From NCBI GenBank assembly GCA_016748015.1, contig JAAOMT010000727.1:96203-160202 (forward strand): DNA of 64,000 nt, written 5' to 3'. The stretch comes from Geosiphon pyriformis uo1. Taxonomy: Eukaryota > Fungi > Glomeromycota. Below the pieces are notes generated by a model that was given only the letters and a program-made list of their open reading frames with translations, made no database searches and was not told the origin of the DNA. Positions within the stretch are counted from its first letter, which is position 1, and each line of letters starts with the position of its first letter. This document shows, one piece after another, positions 26,401-38,173 of this stretch. Both the position numbers and the translations under genes were made by a program.

Positions 26401-29400
26401 TTCTCAAGAGCATCTTTAATTATTGACCCAACAGCAAACACTAAAGACTGTGTTGATGTGCCTTTTAGTACTGAAAAGTTGTTGCCTCGGAGAACATTGA
26501 ACTTGCTATATGCTAACGAGATACAATCAGATAAAACATTAGACAGAATTTTCCTAGCAGTCTCAATCAGTGCTATTGGTTGAGTGTTCGTAAGAATGCC
26601 ATCCCAGTCATATAGCTTAGGAATCATTGAAACCCAAGCTCTTTTCCACAGAGTGGACACCTTACCAACAATCAAACATGCATTCAACAACACCAACAGA
26701 CACTTTAATACTTTTTTACCACCATGTTTCCATAATTCATTGGAAATACCCAACAAACCAGCCACTTTGCCATCAGACAGACTACCAATGACCAGGACCA
26801 ATTCACTCATGTCAATTGCACACATTACACCAGAGAAGGCATCATCTCTAACATAGCCTAGTGATGCATACTGGCTTGCCCATCGATTAGACAGCATTGA
26901 AAACACTAAATGTTTCTTTGTCCAGTCCTCCATAATTTTATCCACACCTAACTTCACCTCCTCCGGTTCCAAAATCAGATCATCATCTATTACCAAGTGG
27001 TCCAATACCACCTTGTGAAATAGACAATCCAAAACACTCCTAATCATGCCATTTTTGTCCAGGCAGAACCTCTCCATGTGCTTTTTGATTGCATTTCTGA
27101 TTGACATCTCCTCAACCAACTTTGATTTGTACATTTTGAATTTTCTATATTCACTCTTGACAAGAGACAAATGCTTGAAAATGTCCATCTGTTTTTCACC
27201 AGCCTGAACCATACAAGTAACAACAAAAGCCTTATTAGCATCCAACGCTGACCATTTCTTTATAAAAAGATTGAAGCCAAAGACGTCAGCCGAACCTAAT
27301 TTTTTGACAATTTTTGCAACCAGCAACTCAAGCTCCAGAAATTTAGAGGACTGTTTATTTTTCGAACACTGAAAATTGCTGAACCAATGTTTAGAAAAAA
27401 TTTCATCTGCAGATTTTACTACCACTTCTTCTAAAACTGACCACATCAAGTCTAAATCATTATTTGCAACAGCCACAAAAAACCTATTCTTTGTTTCCAA
27501 AAGTCTGGCAGAAGAACAATCCCTATAATGTAACCACTTGGCATTATTTGCATCCTTGATTCTAAACTTCCAACAGTCTTTGTTAGTCTGTTTCTGCAAG
27601 CTATTTAACTGAACATCCAAGAGCCCACCTAATTCAATAGACACCATGACAAAATTATGATCAGTATCAAAGAAATCTGAAACAGAAGTGACCTTGTGAC
27701 CAGCCACTGCTGACGACAGACATCCATTCACAAAGATATAATCAATAACTTTTATGGCTCCTTTTAAGTTGCTCCAAGTGGGAGCATTGACTAATGAATG
27801 TCCCCCAAAATTGTAGAGACTATTAACTAATGCATTGACTAAGCCAAGATCCACACATTTACTAAAGCTAGAGCTATGTTTGTTCTCATCCTTATTGAAA
27901 TCACCACCTAATATAACAAAAATACTCTCATTACAAGCTCTGGCTATAAAAAAGTTAACAAGACCAGCCTGAATTGTACATCTATTCTGAGAGGCCTCTG
28001 CATACAAATCCAACACAGAGACAGATTGCTTGTTTTTAAATAGTAAACAAACCATTAAGAGCCTACCTAGAATCTCAGAGATTTTTAAAACATGCTTGGC
28101 TAAATTTTCATTCATAATTAAAGTGACACCTGCACCTAAAAACCCAACATCCAGACCTGAAGTAAACACTCTTACACCAAGAAATTTATTTGCAATTCAA
28201 GGCTTGACACTGGAGCAAAGCTTAGTTTCAGTAACTATTGAAATATTATTATTCAAAACCATATGCCACCTAATAATATCATCCTGCTTAGCAGGAACAT
28301 TCATACCTCTAACATTACAAGTAGCAATCTTTCAGGCTAAACTACTCATTGAGGAAGGGATAGATTACCACACCACTGCCAGAACCAAAAGAGTCCAACT
28401 TATTCATTATTGTTTTAATTAAATTCTCTAGAACCAACAGGCTAGCCTCCAGGCCATCTACTTTCACAGTTAAAACTCAGGAACCACTCAGAAAAATGTC
28501 ATGGGCACAGGAGGAACAAATAACAGAGTGTCAACAGCCATATTCAGTACAGGTTTATGCTTGGGAGTAGACAAAACAACAAAACTTGCTGACAAAACTG
28601 CCAACAACTTGTTCAGCTTACATAAAATGTCGGCTACCTGGTCAGACACATTCTCAAATAAATGCTCGAGGACACTAACACATAAAGCTAGAATTGCAAC
28701 CTTGGACATTGAACTGCCAACTGGTCCTATGCCTGTATTAGTTTCAACAAACAGGGTAGAAAACAAATTTTTAAGGGAGCTGCTTACTACAGAAGCCCAA
28801 GTCGCACCACCAAAGGAGACAAAATGAAACACAGGAGCTTGTTTTTTGGCATAGATGAGCACAAGGCATCTTTTATCCAAATCAGAACAAAGAAATTTTT
28901 TTTTGAAACCCAGTTTAAAGGTTTTCTTACCATTGCTATATCCAGAAAAAACGTGATAAAAATTGCCACATACAGCACACTTAAGAGATAACAAACCAGC
29001 CCAGATGAGGTTGATATCTTTAAACACTGGTGTAGAGCAAATAGCAGCCTTTCTGGCTTTTTTAGAGTCAAAACATATGACAGCACATCGGGCTTGTGTA
29101 TAAGATACTGAATTTTTAGAAATACAGCAAGTCTTTCCATCATATGACTGGACCAGATTTGAAAGATTGTGGGTAGTCATGCCCATCAGCAGAGTGTATA
29201 GGAGAGTGCGATAGCTGTTCCTTAAATCTCACGTTTGTTTGTCAGTGTTGGCTTTGGCAATCTGTGCCAAGTTTTTACTCAGCAAGTTTGATCATTTGAA
29301 CACAACCAGGTCAACGACCTGAGAACTCTCAAACTCCACAAGTGCTTTCTGCCAGAGACCAATCAGCTGCATTTTGATTGAAAAAATTTTCTTATACTTG

Positions 29401-30316
29401 ACCAAAGCTGATTCAATTGCCAATTTGGGCAGATTGACCAAAATTTTCTTGATAACAATTTTCTGATCCAATTATATGCTGATCTTCTTTAAATTAGCAT
29501 TGACAACAAGATTCTCAGACACAGCCAACTGTTTAGCCAAAGTGAGACTGGATACAGGCATGAAAAATGCCCTAACAATGTCTGGAAATTTCCATGGAGT
29601 CGACGTACCCCCAAAACCATCAACTTTGTAGAACAGCTTCCTAACACCTTTGAGTTTGTCACACAGAATATTTCTGGAAATGGTCGACAAACCAATGTCA
29701 AGTGCAAAAGATTTGGTTGGTTCGAAGCAGAGTTTTTCTTTAACAGAAGTGACCAAATGAAGAGAGGATTCCAAAGGAACTGAGGGAGATAAGTTTATGT
29801 CGATGTTGTCAATGGCAGAGCCAAAGTCACAGGGCCTCAAAAATAGAACTTTTACCATACTAGAGTTGAAGTGTTTAGCCTTTGAGGTGTTGGTATGAGA
29901 GTTCAGTGGCCTATTACTCTTGCTGCCAGCACTGTAGCCTAAGTCCTTGTCCAACTTGTGTTTCAGCTTTTCTTCAGAAGAGATATCCATGTTTTTGTAC
30001 TGGCCAGGCTTGCTTATAGATAATTTGAAAAATAAATCAGTTTTGTCTCCCAAGTGTTTGACTTTACCAAGTAAAACCTTTGATTTTTGCCTCAGACTAC
30101 CATTTACAGAACTAGTAGTGGCACTTCTGACCAATTTCTTTATGGACATAACATTGACAGCGTCAGATGTCAAAGAGACAATGAAAGGGTTGGTGAGTTG
30201 AGAAATTGTGAAAACCAAGCAAAAGTAAAAGATAAAAACAGATGAAAAAACAAAAACTTCTTCAAAAATGCACTATTTCAGGAATTTGGGATGTAGGGGA
30301 GAAAGAAATTTGTTTT
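23497..30316 (-). mobile_element. LINE-3: full-length LINE (ORF1 30149-28346, ORF2 28349-23634)
   Basis: 680-aa APE-RT ORF segment, FVDN, YTNG RNase H, CLLC...DHAFTC; poly(A); 5' motif shared with other copies. Confidence 0.92.
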
Positions 30317-30424
30317 TATTTTGTTAATCTTAATATATTGTTATTAACTAAAATTTAAGATATTAATTAATATAAAATTATTCTTATAATTTTTATTATT
30401 AATTAACATATATTATTATTTTGA

Positions 30425-31290
30425 TTTATTTTTTTATTTTTTTTATTGTTTAACAAGTGAGATCCAAACACTACTTAGTACAATATATTAACTTAATGAT
30501 CTAAACTAGGTGTAAATCATGTATTTTCTACATGTGACCAGTTATTCAAACTAATTAGGACAATACTATGTGTCTATATGAACTAAAACCATACTATTTA
30601 AATCTAAAAAAAACTAACAAGAATTATGAAAACCAAAACTAATACTAAAAGCATCAGTAATACTCAACAATTTAACTACACCAACAGAAAACACTAAAGA
30701 AAGCCCAGACATTAAGACTAGAACAAATCTATCATGCAGGATTAGTTTATTCTTCTTTATAAATATCCAGTGTTTAACACAAGCCAACCAAACCTCTTCT
30801 TTGAATACAAGGCCAAATCTGCACACAAAGTCTACAACCATATGATCTGCAATTTTAAAATCTTTAAAAACAGAAAGAAATTTCTAATACCAATTATTGA
30901 AGACAAAACTCTTGCTCAAAGCCATATACACAGCAACATTAGAAAAACAGGAATTCAAACACTGTAACATACATGAGACTAAGTAAGACAAACCAGAAAT
31001 CACTTTCCAATCAGCTGCATAAGTGTTCAGTAACTGAACATAAGCATTAGAATCAAACAAACAAGAGAAAGCATGGTCTGAGACCTCAATATCCTCACAA
31101 AACAAACATACAACACTTGGATAACTCTTGGCATACAAATGCTTACAAACAGCAACAAAAAGCCAATAATACAAAGTCTTCATAAAATATGTGCAAGCAT
31201 TAGCAGTATTCCTACTAGTAAAGCCAAAAGCCAAATGTGAATTAGAATGCCACACTAAGAATAATCTAAACCAATTAATGTTTGTATGCA
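30425..31290 (-). mobile_element. LINE-4: 5'-truncated LINE (ORF2 C-terminus, 3' UTR, poly(A))
   Basis: WHSNSH.AFGFTS...CLFCEDIEVSDHAFSC; 3' UTR like the other copies. Confidence 0.85.
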
Positions 31291-32721
31291 GAATAATTTA
31301 TTACTTATTATTTTAGCAAATTATCTAAATTATTATTCAATTAATAATTTAATTTGTATTAAACACAAATATAATTAAATTATATAATATGTTAAATTAT
31401 ATGACATTAAAAATTTACTAAAATATTTAATAATTTAACAAAATATTTAACAGTTTATTAAAATAATTTATAATTTACAGAAATAATTTGTTGTTTGACA
31501 AAATATATTTTTAGTTCACCAAAATATTAATAAAAAAAAAGTGTTAAATTATAGAATAGTATTATAATAAAAAAAAAGCTTTTTTTTATATAAAAATGTA
31601 TTTTTGTTAGAATTAATCTTTACTTAAGCTTAAAATATTTTTGTTATAAATCAATTCAAATAAAACTTATATTGAAAACATAAACTTTTTAAATTATTAC
31701 TTTGAAACTTATTTCTATATACTAATATTTTAAAATTAATTAGTTATTAATTTTATTAATTATTAATAATCTTTAGGCTTAAATTCAAAATAATTTCTTT
31801 AATATAATTTTTTATTTTTTTTTCTTAATTATATTTTTTTTTCATTATTTTTTTTATATTATTAGATAATTTACAGTCGAAATTTTTTGTAAAAAAATTG
31901 ACTTTTATAACAAAGTAACTATATATTAATTAAAAAACTTATAAATAAAATTTTTTGTAAAAGAGTTAACTTTTACTGCAAAGTAATTGTACAAGTAATT
32001 GATATAAAATTGACCAGTTTATTATAAATTCAACAGCACATATGGTTCAAAGTATAAAAAGATATTTTAAAAGAAGAATTAGCTTATTAAAAGTTTACTG
32101 ACTTCTATTAACAATAGAATTAACAGTAAAATAACATTAATAATATTAAAAAAAGAGTAAAAAAACTTTTAATAATAGCATAAATTATGTTTAATTTAAA
32201 ATTTTGAATAGTAATATCATATTAAATAGTGGTTAAATAATATTTATTAATATTAATATTAATAAAAAAATTACAAAATATTAATATTACTTATAAATAT
32301 TTTTAAAATTTTTATTATTATTATTGTTATTTTTTTATTTAAATAATATTATATACAAAAAAAGTTTGTAAAATTATTATAATTTATAAAATAAATTAAA
32401 TAATATTAAATTAAAAAATAATATTTAAGTTAAATTATTTAAATTATTTAAATATAATATAAAAAGTTAAAAAATATAATTATTATAGTTTAAAGTAAAT
32501 TGTTTATTTTTAGTAGGTTTTTAAATAATATTAGCAGAGAATTAATTAAGATTAAAACTAAAATTAATATTAATTTAAATAATACTTTAGATAAAAATAT
32601 TTATATTTAATTGTTGGCTTTTTAAAAATATTAACTAAATTGTATTAAGTCAAAAATAAATATTAAATAGATAAGTAATATTATTATAAATAATAATATA
32701 TTAGTATAATTATGTATAAAA

Positions 32722-35034
32722 AACTCTTTGTTTCCTTAATTTTATGATTACAATCAGAGCAAAGAGTAAAAAAGCTGCACCTAATATCTGTTCTAAAATA
32801 TTTAATAAAATTTCAACCAGAAGAGCTCTCTTTGTTGTAAAAGCAACTAGGCAAAACGTTTTAAAAGTTTTCCCTTTACTCAATAATCGTGATAAGCTGT
32901 CTTTGGTAGTCACTGAAGCAACTTCTTTATCTTTGACTGGTTTTTTACCAGTTAAAGTTCCCTCAAAGAGACACACTTGGATTAGTCCCAGTGTTGCTTT
33001 CACTCCAACCAAAAGCCCAAAAGTTTTTAATAATAGACCAGTAAATAAGCTGGTTTTCCTTTTTATAGATTCAACACTTGGTGCTGCTAGCACCACCTCT
33101 TCAAAAAAAATGGTTAAAAAGACCAAAAGTTCAGAAAAGTGAGGGCAGTTACTTGCCTTTGCTATTGTTACACCGAACTCCTTTGTGGTTCCCAATGAGA
33201 TCTTAGATGAGATCTCTGTAGCATCATCCAGCACATCATCCAAGATGGGCCAAGATCAATCACTGGCTGTGTTGCCAAATGTGGTATCTTCCGGCAAATC
33301 TTCACTGGTTCTGAAAGCAAAACAATCTCCTTCTGTTGGGTCATCTGTTCTTGAGAACTGGACTGATCAAATGGAAACTGAATTATCTCCTTTTTTAGTT
33401 TCTGGTACTACTTTTGGTAGTGTCTGGGAAACTATTTCTAGTCATCAAAGATTTGCTGGATGAGTGGCCTCTACTTTGGTGCCTGGTGCTACTTTTAAGA
33501 TCAAATTGGCTCATGTTAAGGCTGTTTTTCAGTTGGTACATGGTTTCTTGGGTGCAAAATCAGTATTAAAGGACAATATAAAGCTGTTTTGTATGGAGTT
33601 TGCTTCTCAAGTGTCTTTGGAAGCTGCATTTCTGATTGAACTTACAAGTTCTATTCATCTTGCCACTCTTAAAATTGCCAAGTCTTTGGTGGTTTCTGAG
33701 TCTAGTCCTTTTTTTGCTGCTGTTGCACTGCACAATGTGCTTTTGGGTGTATTTGCTGTCAATATTAAGTCAGCTCTTGGGGTTTTTGGTAAAGTTTCTC
33801 ATGTTGTGCTGAAGCCTGTTGGTGTTTGGCAATATGTGGTTGTTTATTTTAAGGAATTAAATACTGTTGTCTCTGGTCTTACTTATTGGTCAATTTTGGT
33901 GGACAAAAATAGTGTTCATATTCTTCCTCTTATCAATCAAAATGAGACAATTTTGTTTTGTGATCAGTTCAAGGCCAAGTTGGTTAATCTTCTTTCTGGC
34001 TGTACTGCCTTTGAAATCAGTAACATGATTTCTTAAGTTGGTGGTCAGACTTGTTTCATTCTTTGGTCTTCTGATTCTGGTTGTTGTTTCTACTTTGCTT
34101 TGGTTACATTTGGCTCTCAAACAGATTTGAATCTTGCTGTTGTCAAAACTAGTATGCTGAGAAAGTGCCATATTTGGTGGAAAATTTCTGGCAATTGGCA
34201 CTGTTTTAGATGTCAAAAGACTGGTCATCTGGCTGTTGACTGTAAGATGTCTTTGCCTTCTTTTTTTAAGACTCTCAGAGTATTTAATGCACATTTTGTG
34301 GATAATGTTTCTTATATTAAAGCTTTTGCTCCTCCAGCTGTTTCTAGATTTTCTCCTTTGGTGGCTTTTGTTCTATTGGCTCCTCCATTTGCTACATTTT
34401 TTGCTGTTTCTGTTGTTGACTCCGTTGTTAAGCTTAGATTAGATTCTATAGAAAAACAGATTTTAGAACTGTCCATCTTGGTTAAGTCTGTCATTAAGCC
34501 AATTGGTTTTTTGGTTGTTTTGGTTACTACTCTTCTGAATGACAATGCTGCCAAGACTCTAAAGGTCGAGAAAGATTTTTTGACTATGTGTAATGTCTTC
34601 AAGAGCTTTGCCAAGCTTTTGGTTGGTGTGTCTAAAGCTTTTGTCAGTCTTAAGGCTAAGGTGGAGTTTGGTAATTTTGATGAAGATAATATTGGTGCTG
34701 TCAAGACTTCTTCATTGAGTAAAAACACAGTTGACTATGCAGTTGCTTTGTGGCAAATGTGTGGTCCTGAGGTTAAAAATAGCAATGAAAAAACTAGATT
34801 GTTTTTTAGTAAGTTTATTTTTGATTCTAGAAATTTGAATAATATTATTGAGAGACTTGGTAAGCTGGGTTTCCTCCTGGCTTCTTTTGATTCAATTTAG
34901 TTGGTGCCTTGACTGACTCAGATAATTGGTCACATATAGAAAGAGCATGAAACACATCTAATTTGTAATTTCATAATAGTGCAATATATTAGATAGTGTT
35001 TGGGCACACTTTGTTAAAATATTAATAAAAAAAA
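32722..35034 (+). mobile_element. ORF1-only non-autonomous non-LTR retroelement (HAL1-like)
   Basis: One 718-codon frame followed at once by a LINE-type 3' UTR and poly(A). Perfect 16-bp TSD ATAATTATGTATAAAA at 32706-32721 and 35035-35050. Confidence 0.88.
32744..34900 (+). pseudogene. Divergent LINE ORF1 homolog (S/T/P-rich N-terminus, RRM-like, CCHC knuckle CFRCQKTGHLAVDC, long helical C-terminus)
   Basis: Four ORF-track pieces in one frame, separated by only three stops (TGA, TGA, TAA, each explainable as TGG or CAA). WSILVDKNSV and VGGQTCFI align to LINE ORF1. Confidence 0.85.
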
Positions 35035-35079
35035 ATAATTATGTATAAAATATCTTTTTAAAATAAATTTTTTTTTATA

Positions 35080-35210
35080 GATTTATGTAATTTAGTTTAA
35101 ATAGGTTTATGTTTGGTTATATGTAAAAAATATATAAATTATTTTTAATTTAAGTTGACTTATTATATTAAATAATAATTGGACTACAGATTAAATAATA
35201 ATAAAAAATA
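35080..35210 (+). repeat. Decayed LINE 3' UTR remnant
   Basis: GGTTATATGTAAAAAAT...TTGGACTACAGATTAAATAATAA resembles the family 3' end. Confidence 0.5.
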
Positions 35211-35559
35211 TAATTAATATAATTTTTTTTTACATATTTAATATATATAATAGATTAGCCAGAAATATATTGTTTAAAATATAGGATTGTTTTAACTAAT
35301 TTAAATAACTAGTTTATACAAACAAAACATAAATTTTTTTTTATAAAATTGTTAATATTTACAGAAAATAATGTATTGTTTAAAAAATCTGGTGTAAAAA
35401 ATTCAGTTATTAACAGCTAAAATACTTTTTTAATTCCGAAAATATAAAAAAACTAAAATAAGCATGACAAATTTAAAAATTAAAATTGATTTAAGCAAAT
35501 AATAAAACTTGTATAACATAATTGTACATCAGTATATTTAATATAGGGTGTTTAAAAGT

Positions 35560-37529
35560 CTAAGCTTCCATTATAGATAATTGATCCTCTGGCAAATTAA
35601 ACCACTCATCTTTTAAAGCATCATTTGCAGTCGGTCGACTATTAGGATTTTTGTTCATCAATTTTTCCTTAAACTGTTTAGCGGATGAAGAAAGTGAAAT
35701 ATGGTTGTAAATTCTAGTATGTTTGAAAAGATTTCCAACCATCCATATATCGCCTGCAGTGCTACAAAAGTCTTCCCCCGATTTATATTCTGGAGCTCCA
35801 ATAGCCAATGAATCTCTTTGTAAAGTAAATAGCAACAATTAGCAAACATGTCTAACCGTAAGTCGAAATTCTTTTATCACTGTACCTTGAAGCTCCTAAG
35901 GGAGCAGCTTCTTCAAAGTCAATTAACATCCAACTATCATTCGGGAGTCTTAAAACATTATCCCAGCGAATATCCCGATGGACGACGTTCATCTTATGAA
36001 GTTTTTCTAGCGTTACAAGTACATGCCGTATAGCATCTCGCAGCTCGCGTTCACATTTAGGAAATATCGTAAAGCCAACCGGAGCCAAATGTACTATCAC
36101 TGAGTCACTTGTAAGGGAATACTTAAGAACCTTGATTGGTCCTAAGCCTGGAAGCGTATTTTGGTAAAATTTTTTATGGAAACCTAGATCAATAATGCTT
36201 GGTTTGTCTATTTTTTTAATGATCTTGTCGGGGAATATTGTAACAACACAATGTGACCGTTGGATATCATCGTATAGCCTCAATATTGGAGCTGTGATGT
36301 ACTGATCTCGACACAAAGTCCGAAGAATCCGAAAAAAATTGATTGTGTACTGAAGCAGTTGATAATTGTATACTCGGCTTATACCGTCAAGGATCAGAGA
36401 TTCACCAATTGTCTCACGTCTTGGTGTCAAGCCCGTTGTATCATCCACGTAGTAATAGTAAAATTGCAAATGTGTACCTCCCGCTGCAAGGGCTAGAACA
36501 AATGGTAAGTTACCAAAGGCAAGTGGATTCCAAAATTGAAAATAACCATTCAGTTGTTGTGCTGCGTCTAATATGTTTTCCTTAATATCTTTTTCTTCAC
36601 CAATCATTACAAGCAAGTCGTTGCAATAAACTGTGATATCTGGCCGAACGCTCTTATCTGTGATGGTACTCGTATCATTTATTTTTCCATTACGTTTCCA
36701 GCTTAGTGATGGAGTTGCGAAACATTGGCCTAAAAGTGTAATCATGTCCAAAATGTGATTATTGATACCATCTGCGGTTCGTTGTTCTTGCCGAGGACTT
36801 TCGGTAAAGGACTTGCTGAAAATGGTAGTGACGATTGCTAACAATCTAGGAACATTGTAGAGAGGATCTGAATCTATAGGTACAAGATAATTCCCATAGT
36901 CCCGGCAAAGATGGGATATAGCTGGCAATTTTTGAAGTAACGCTGAGGTAAAACAGTGTTCAAGATTGCTGCGTGTGATTGGTTCATCGAAGGGAGGGCA
37001 GAGAAGTTGTAGAAATGATAAGGTGTTGTCAGGGGTGTCAAGTCTAACACGCTTCGCAAGGTGTTCTAGAATAACCATAGAAAATAGAAAGAAATAGGCG
37101 TTATACACCAAATATTCTCTTAAATATGGACATTCCTTCCATAAAACGCATGTAATTACAAAATGAATGAATAGTTATGCATGGAAAACTGATTTACAAA
37201 TTTGTTAAGCTCTACTCTATGTCTCAAGTTACGAAGTCGTTACCTGTCTTATTAGTTTCTATAAAGTGATCTTGTAATTTTTCCATCTGCAACTCCCATC
37301 TATCTTTACTCTTTTTTAGCTCTTTCACTTCTTCTTCCAACTCTTCCTTTTCTTCTATCCACTTCTTCCTTTGCTTTTCGTCTACATCTTCCTTCTCTCT
37401 CAGATTCTTCTTCAACTCTTCTAATCTATCTCCCTTCTCACCCTCCATAAACTTCTCTAGCTTCTCCACGCATCTCTTATATTCGGTCTTAACATCTCTT
37501 AATTCAAGTTTAATATCTTCAACAGACAT
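35560..37529 (-). CDS. Crinkler-like protein, 573 aa: coiled-coil header, PD-(D/E)xK nuclease-like domain, protein kinase; exons 37529-37244, 37065-35886, 35815-35560
   Basis: GT..AG introns of 178 and 70 bp (the second has a GCTAAT branch site) give an open 1722-nt CDS. Motifs RPD...GEEK, HRDIRWDNVL, IDFE, APE, DIW, RPTA; basic KRVR motif. CpG content is normal. Confidence 0.85.
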
Positions 37530-37885
37530 GGTGTTTTGCGTGTTTGCTATGGTTTGAGAAGATATGGCCTAATATATGTTTGGTTCGTGTCAATGACGTT
37601 TCAGATATTTGATTTATCAGTATAAATTTACTATTTAGGTAACAAACTCGCCTTTGTTAAATTAAAACGATAATCAGAGTTTTTACCCCCTGCCGTATGC
37701 CTATATAATATAATTGTTTTTTTTAATAATTATTGTTTTGTGCAATATTCATTAAATTATTTTTGTTTTCTTAAATTAACATTATTATTGTTTTATATAT
37801 TTTAATATTGAATAAAATTCGTTTTATTATTTTAAAATAAAAATAATTGTAAGTTTTAAAATTGGAAAAAATTAAATATATTTTT

Positions 37886-37928
37886 TTTATTACATTTAAC
37901 GAGCGCAGCCCAACCACTACCTAAACAC
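37886..37928 (-). mobile_element. 43-bp extreme 5'-truncated LINE insertion (3' tip only)
   Basis: Matches the LINE-3 3' end (23505-23550); 13-bp TSD TAAATATATTTTT at 37873-37885 and 37929-37941. Confidence 0.75.
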
Positions 37929-38173
37929 TAAATATATTTTTATTATTATTTTGCATATATATATGTAACTTTATATTAATTTTAAACTTATTAAATAAAA
38001 TTTTATATATTTAATTTATAAATAAAACAAATTTAATAATGTTATTTTTTATGTATTAATTAAATATAATTTAATTAAAACTTAAAATATGTAACAAAAA
38101 TATTACTTACACATTTTATATATAACTAATAATTTAAACTTATATTAAGCTATATAAATTAATAAAACTATTT

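Noticed and set aside
32744-34900. Alternative genetic code or stop readthrough to explain in-frame stops
   Set aside because: All three stop types occur across the repeats at positions matching TGG/CAA/CGA in sister copies, and the host gene has no internal stops.
37224-37529. Standalone 101-aa coiled-coil gene
   Set aside because: An in-phase GT-AG intron joins it to the nuclease-kinase exon.
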